DNA of 64,000 nucleotides from Magallana gigas (Eukaryota), in the NCBI RefSeq assembly GCF_963853765.1, contig NC_088857.1, forward strand, positions 37,882,001-37,946,000, given 5' to 3'. Both the position numbers and the translations under genes were made by a program. Below the pieces are notes generated by a model. It was given only the letters and a program-made list of their open reading frames with translations, searched no databases and was not told where the DNA came from. This document shows, in pieces, positions 61,873-64,000 of this stretch; positions within the stretch are counted from its first letter, which is position 1; each line of letters opens with the position of its first letter.

Positions 61873-62834
61873 AATTTACTTTTAACACCTGTTTAACTGA
61901 TGGGTGTCGCCATATTGAATGGCGAATCGGGACTGGCTAATTCATACATTTTCGTTTTCTTTGAAAATATGCGCCGAATATGATAATTTTGTGATTTTTT
62001 TTTAACGCTAAAAGCAGATGGTTTGTAATTGAAAAGAATTCTTATTATTTTCCTGTGTGGTTTTAAGATAATTGTCCTCATACTAATCCTTGCCGAAACA
62101 ACAAAGAACGATTGCCGTTGCCTTGTCGAAATCCCAATAGCCAATCAAATTATAGATAAGGTGACGTTTACATCGAGCAAAATACACAGAGTAAGTAAAC
62201 ATGCTTTTCTGGATTTTCCCCAGTTATTTAAAATTTGTTTTACAATTTTCATCCATAGAATTTGTATTGCACATGTTAAATTGAATGACAATGGATTTTG
62301 TCTTGATTGTCATTAATATTGAAGTGACTGGAGTCGCTAAACCATATGATGCGAATGTCCTCTGTTGTTTTTGTGTTGATTTAACTAAAGCATTCTAATC
62401 TTTCGCAATTGAATCAGTTAACATAGTTATTAAGAGTTACTGTGACATGAGTAATGGACCAGCTTGATGACATAATCTATTACTCGGTATTGAATGCTTT
62501 TTCCAAGTTTAAATAAGGGTGGTGTAGAACACTGAAAACCAATTTTGTTTTCTGTTTATGTTTCCAATTATGGAGCAAAAATGGCACAAATCTACTTTAA
62601 CTTGTATCTTTAGTGTGCTAGTAAGTTGAAACATAAGTTTATTCTTTGCAAATGAAACGTCATCGGCCATTTTTCAGTTTGATTTAATAATTCCCTGTGT
62701 GGAGGAAATATCTGGGGGGGGGATTGGGTTAACAACATTCAGTGGTATTATGTCATTTTGCCCTATTTATAGTCTGTCCCAAGATATCCTGAATTCAGAT
62801 TTTGCTTAATTGCTTGATATTTATAAATATCTCA

Positions 62835-63130
62835 GGGTTCAAACGATGTTCATTCAAAAGTATGAAAAATTTGCAAGATTTCTCAGTCGAAACGCCCCTG
62901 TTATCTTATCAGGTTTCAATACAATGCTAAAAAATTTGATGTCTATGGGGATATTGTATTGCAGCAGGCCCGGATGATAACGTTGAAAAATTGCGCGATG
63001 TATTCCGAGTGTATTCCGAATGGAGAAAAGATGTAAACATTCCCTATTATAAATCTCCGTAAGGAATCTGTTTTTGTTCCTGTGAATTTTTCCGAGTGAA
63101 AGATGATAATGTGTGAATGAAATTACCTTG
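62835..63130 (+). repeat. Dispersed repeat, homologous to 42995-43310
   Basis: Same ordered shared blocks as the 42995-43310 copy. Confidence 0.7.
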
Positions 63131-63389
63131 GAAATTATCCCTTTCAACTATTTCAATTGCACCTCTTTCACAGGTATGTGTATTTTTATTAAAAATCGTC
63201 CAAATGTGCTGCATCTTGGGACAGACTATACCTGTTGTCCTATTCTCCTGTACCTTGTTTGTTCCCTATGATCCTGATTTTAAATTCATTGTCTATTTTT
63301 CACCATTTTCATTTATCATTGTTTTATGCTATTTTTTATCATATCCCCTTTAAGGTTGTATGGGACAACTGTTGATATGAATGTGGATT

Positions 63390-63700
63390 AGTAATTATAT
63401 AACTGAAATACTTTCACTGGTTTAGAATTTTCAAATTTCACAATATTTAACCAAAAAATAGTTTTTAAAAATATTTGAAAGGTAAAAATTGTAAAACCCC
63501 CAGCGGGATTTGAACTCATGACTTTAAGATTTGTAGTTAACCCTCTAACCCCCTGCGCTAGGGTGATTGATGACAATATTGGGATAGAAACTACTTTTTT
63601 AATTACATTTGGTTTTATTTTGTTAACAATACGTCACAACATGGAAGTGTCCCATACCACCTTAACATCCTTAGAATTTAAGCAATTTCTTTTTTCAATA
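63390..63700 (-). mobile_element. Repeat with tRNA-like head (SINE- or MITE-associated)
   Basis: Minus strand CTAGCGCAGGGGGTTAGAG...GAGTTCAAATCCCGCTGGGGG at 63497-63562. Outer boundaries are approximate. Confidence 0.55.
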
Positions 63701-64000
63701 AGTTAACCATTGTGATTTTTATCTGTTATGAAGAATTAATGTTGCTGTTCCAAATCTAATGTGGGAATTTTATGTACCAGATACATACAATTGATAATTG
63801 TATTTATTTTTTTTCATTATGTCGAATTATTTGTGGAGTTTGCTTAATCATGATATTCAAGGCTACAGCTACATAACATTTGTAATGCTTATTACTTTAT
63901 TGTAAGACCCCCCCCCCCCCCCCATCATACTTTATAGCAATAGCAATATCAATATTCTTTTCTGAGAAGATAGTATAAAGTGTCAAATTTATCTGACAAT

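Noticed and set aside
62029-62316. 95-aa ORF with hydrophobic N-terminus head-to-head with PTRHD1
   Set aside because: Non-ATG start, no homology recognised, and it overlaps the probable promoter (CGCCATATTG YY1-like and CCAAT motifs). Not supportable without RNA data.

Overview
AT-rich eukaryotic genomic DNA with GT-AG introns. The repeat families look like those of a bivalve, probably a Crassostrea/Magallana oyster (inference from recalled repeat motifs, not a database match). Genes I could reconstruct by hand: tRNA-Ser(GCT); a tandem pair of secreted multi-exon genes with an unusual architecture (signal peptide, Ly6/uPAR three-finger-like domain carrying an internal GRR/GKR, ShKT domain, unassigned ~170-aa beta-rich His-tailed domain); FAM8A1 (-); a GNAT acetyltransferase (-); a GT10 alpha-1,3-fucosyltransferase (+); Elongin A (+); PTRHD1 (-). 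The rest is dense with transposon debris: a 5'-truncated CR1-type LINE, L1/Tx1 and L2/CR1 remnants, TTAA-flanked Kolobok-like MITEs, a Ginger-like palindromic MITE whose empty site is also in the window, a hAT-like MITE, a 2.85-kb long-TIR element, Helitron/Helentron-like pieces, SINEs and microsatellites. There is also a 60-bp minisatellite resembling a frameshifted mucin repeat. The best candidate for an undescribed system is the three-finger + ShKT + beta-sandwich paralog pair (2.3-12.6 kb). All exon structures and translations were derived manually and are not supported by RNA or database evidence.
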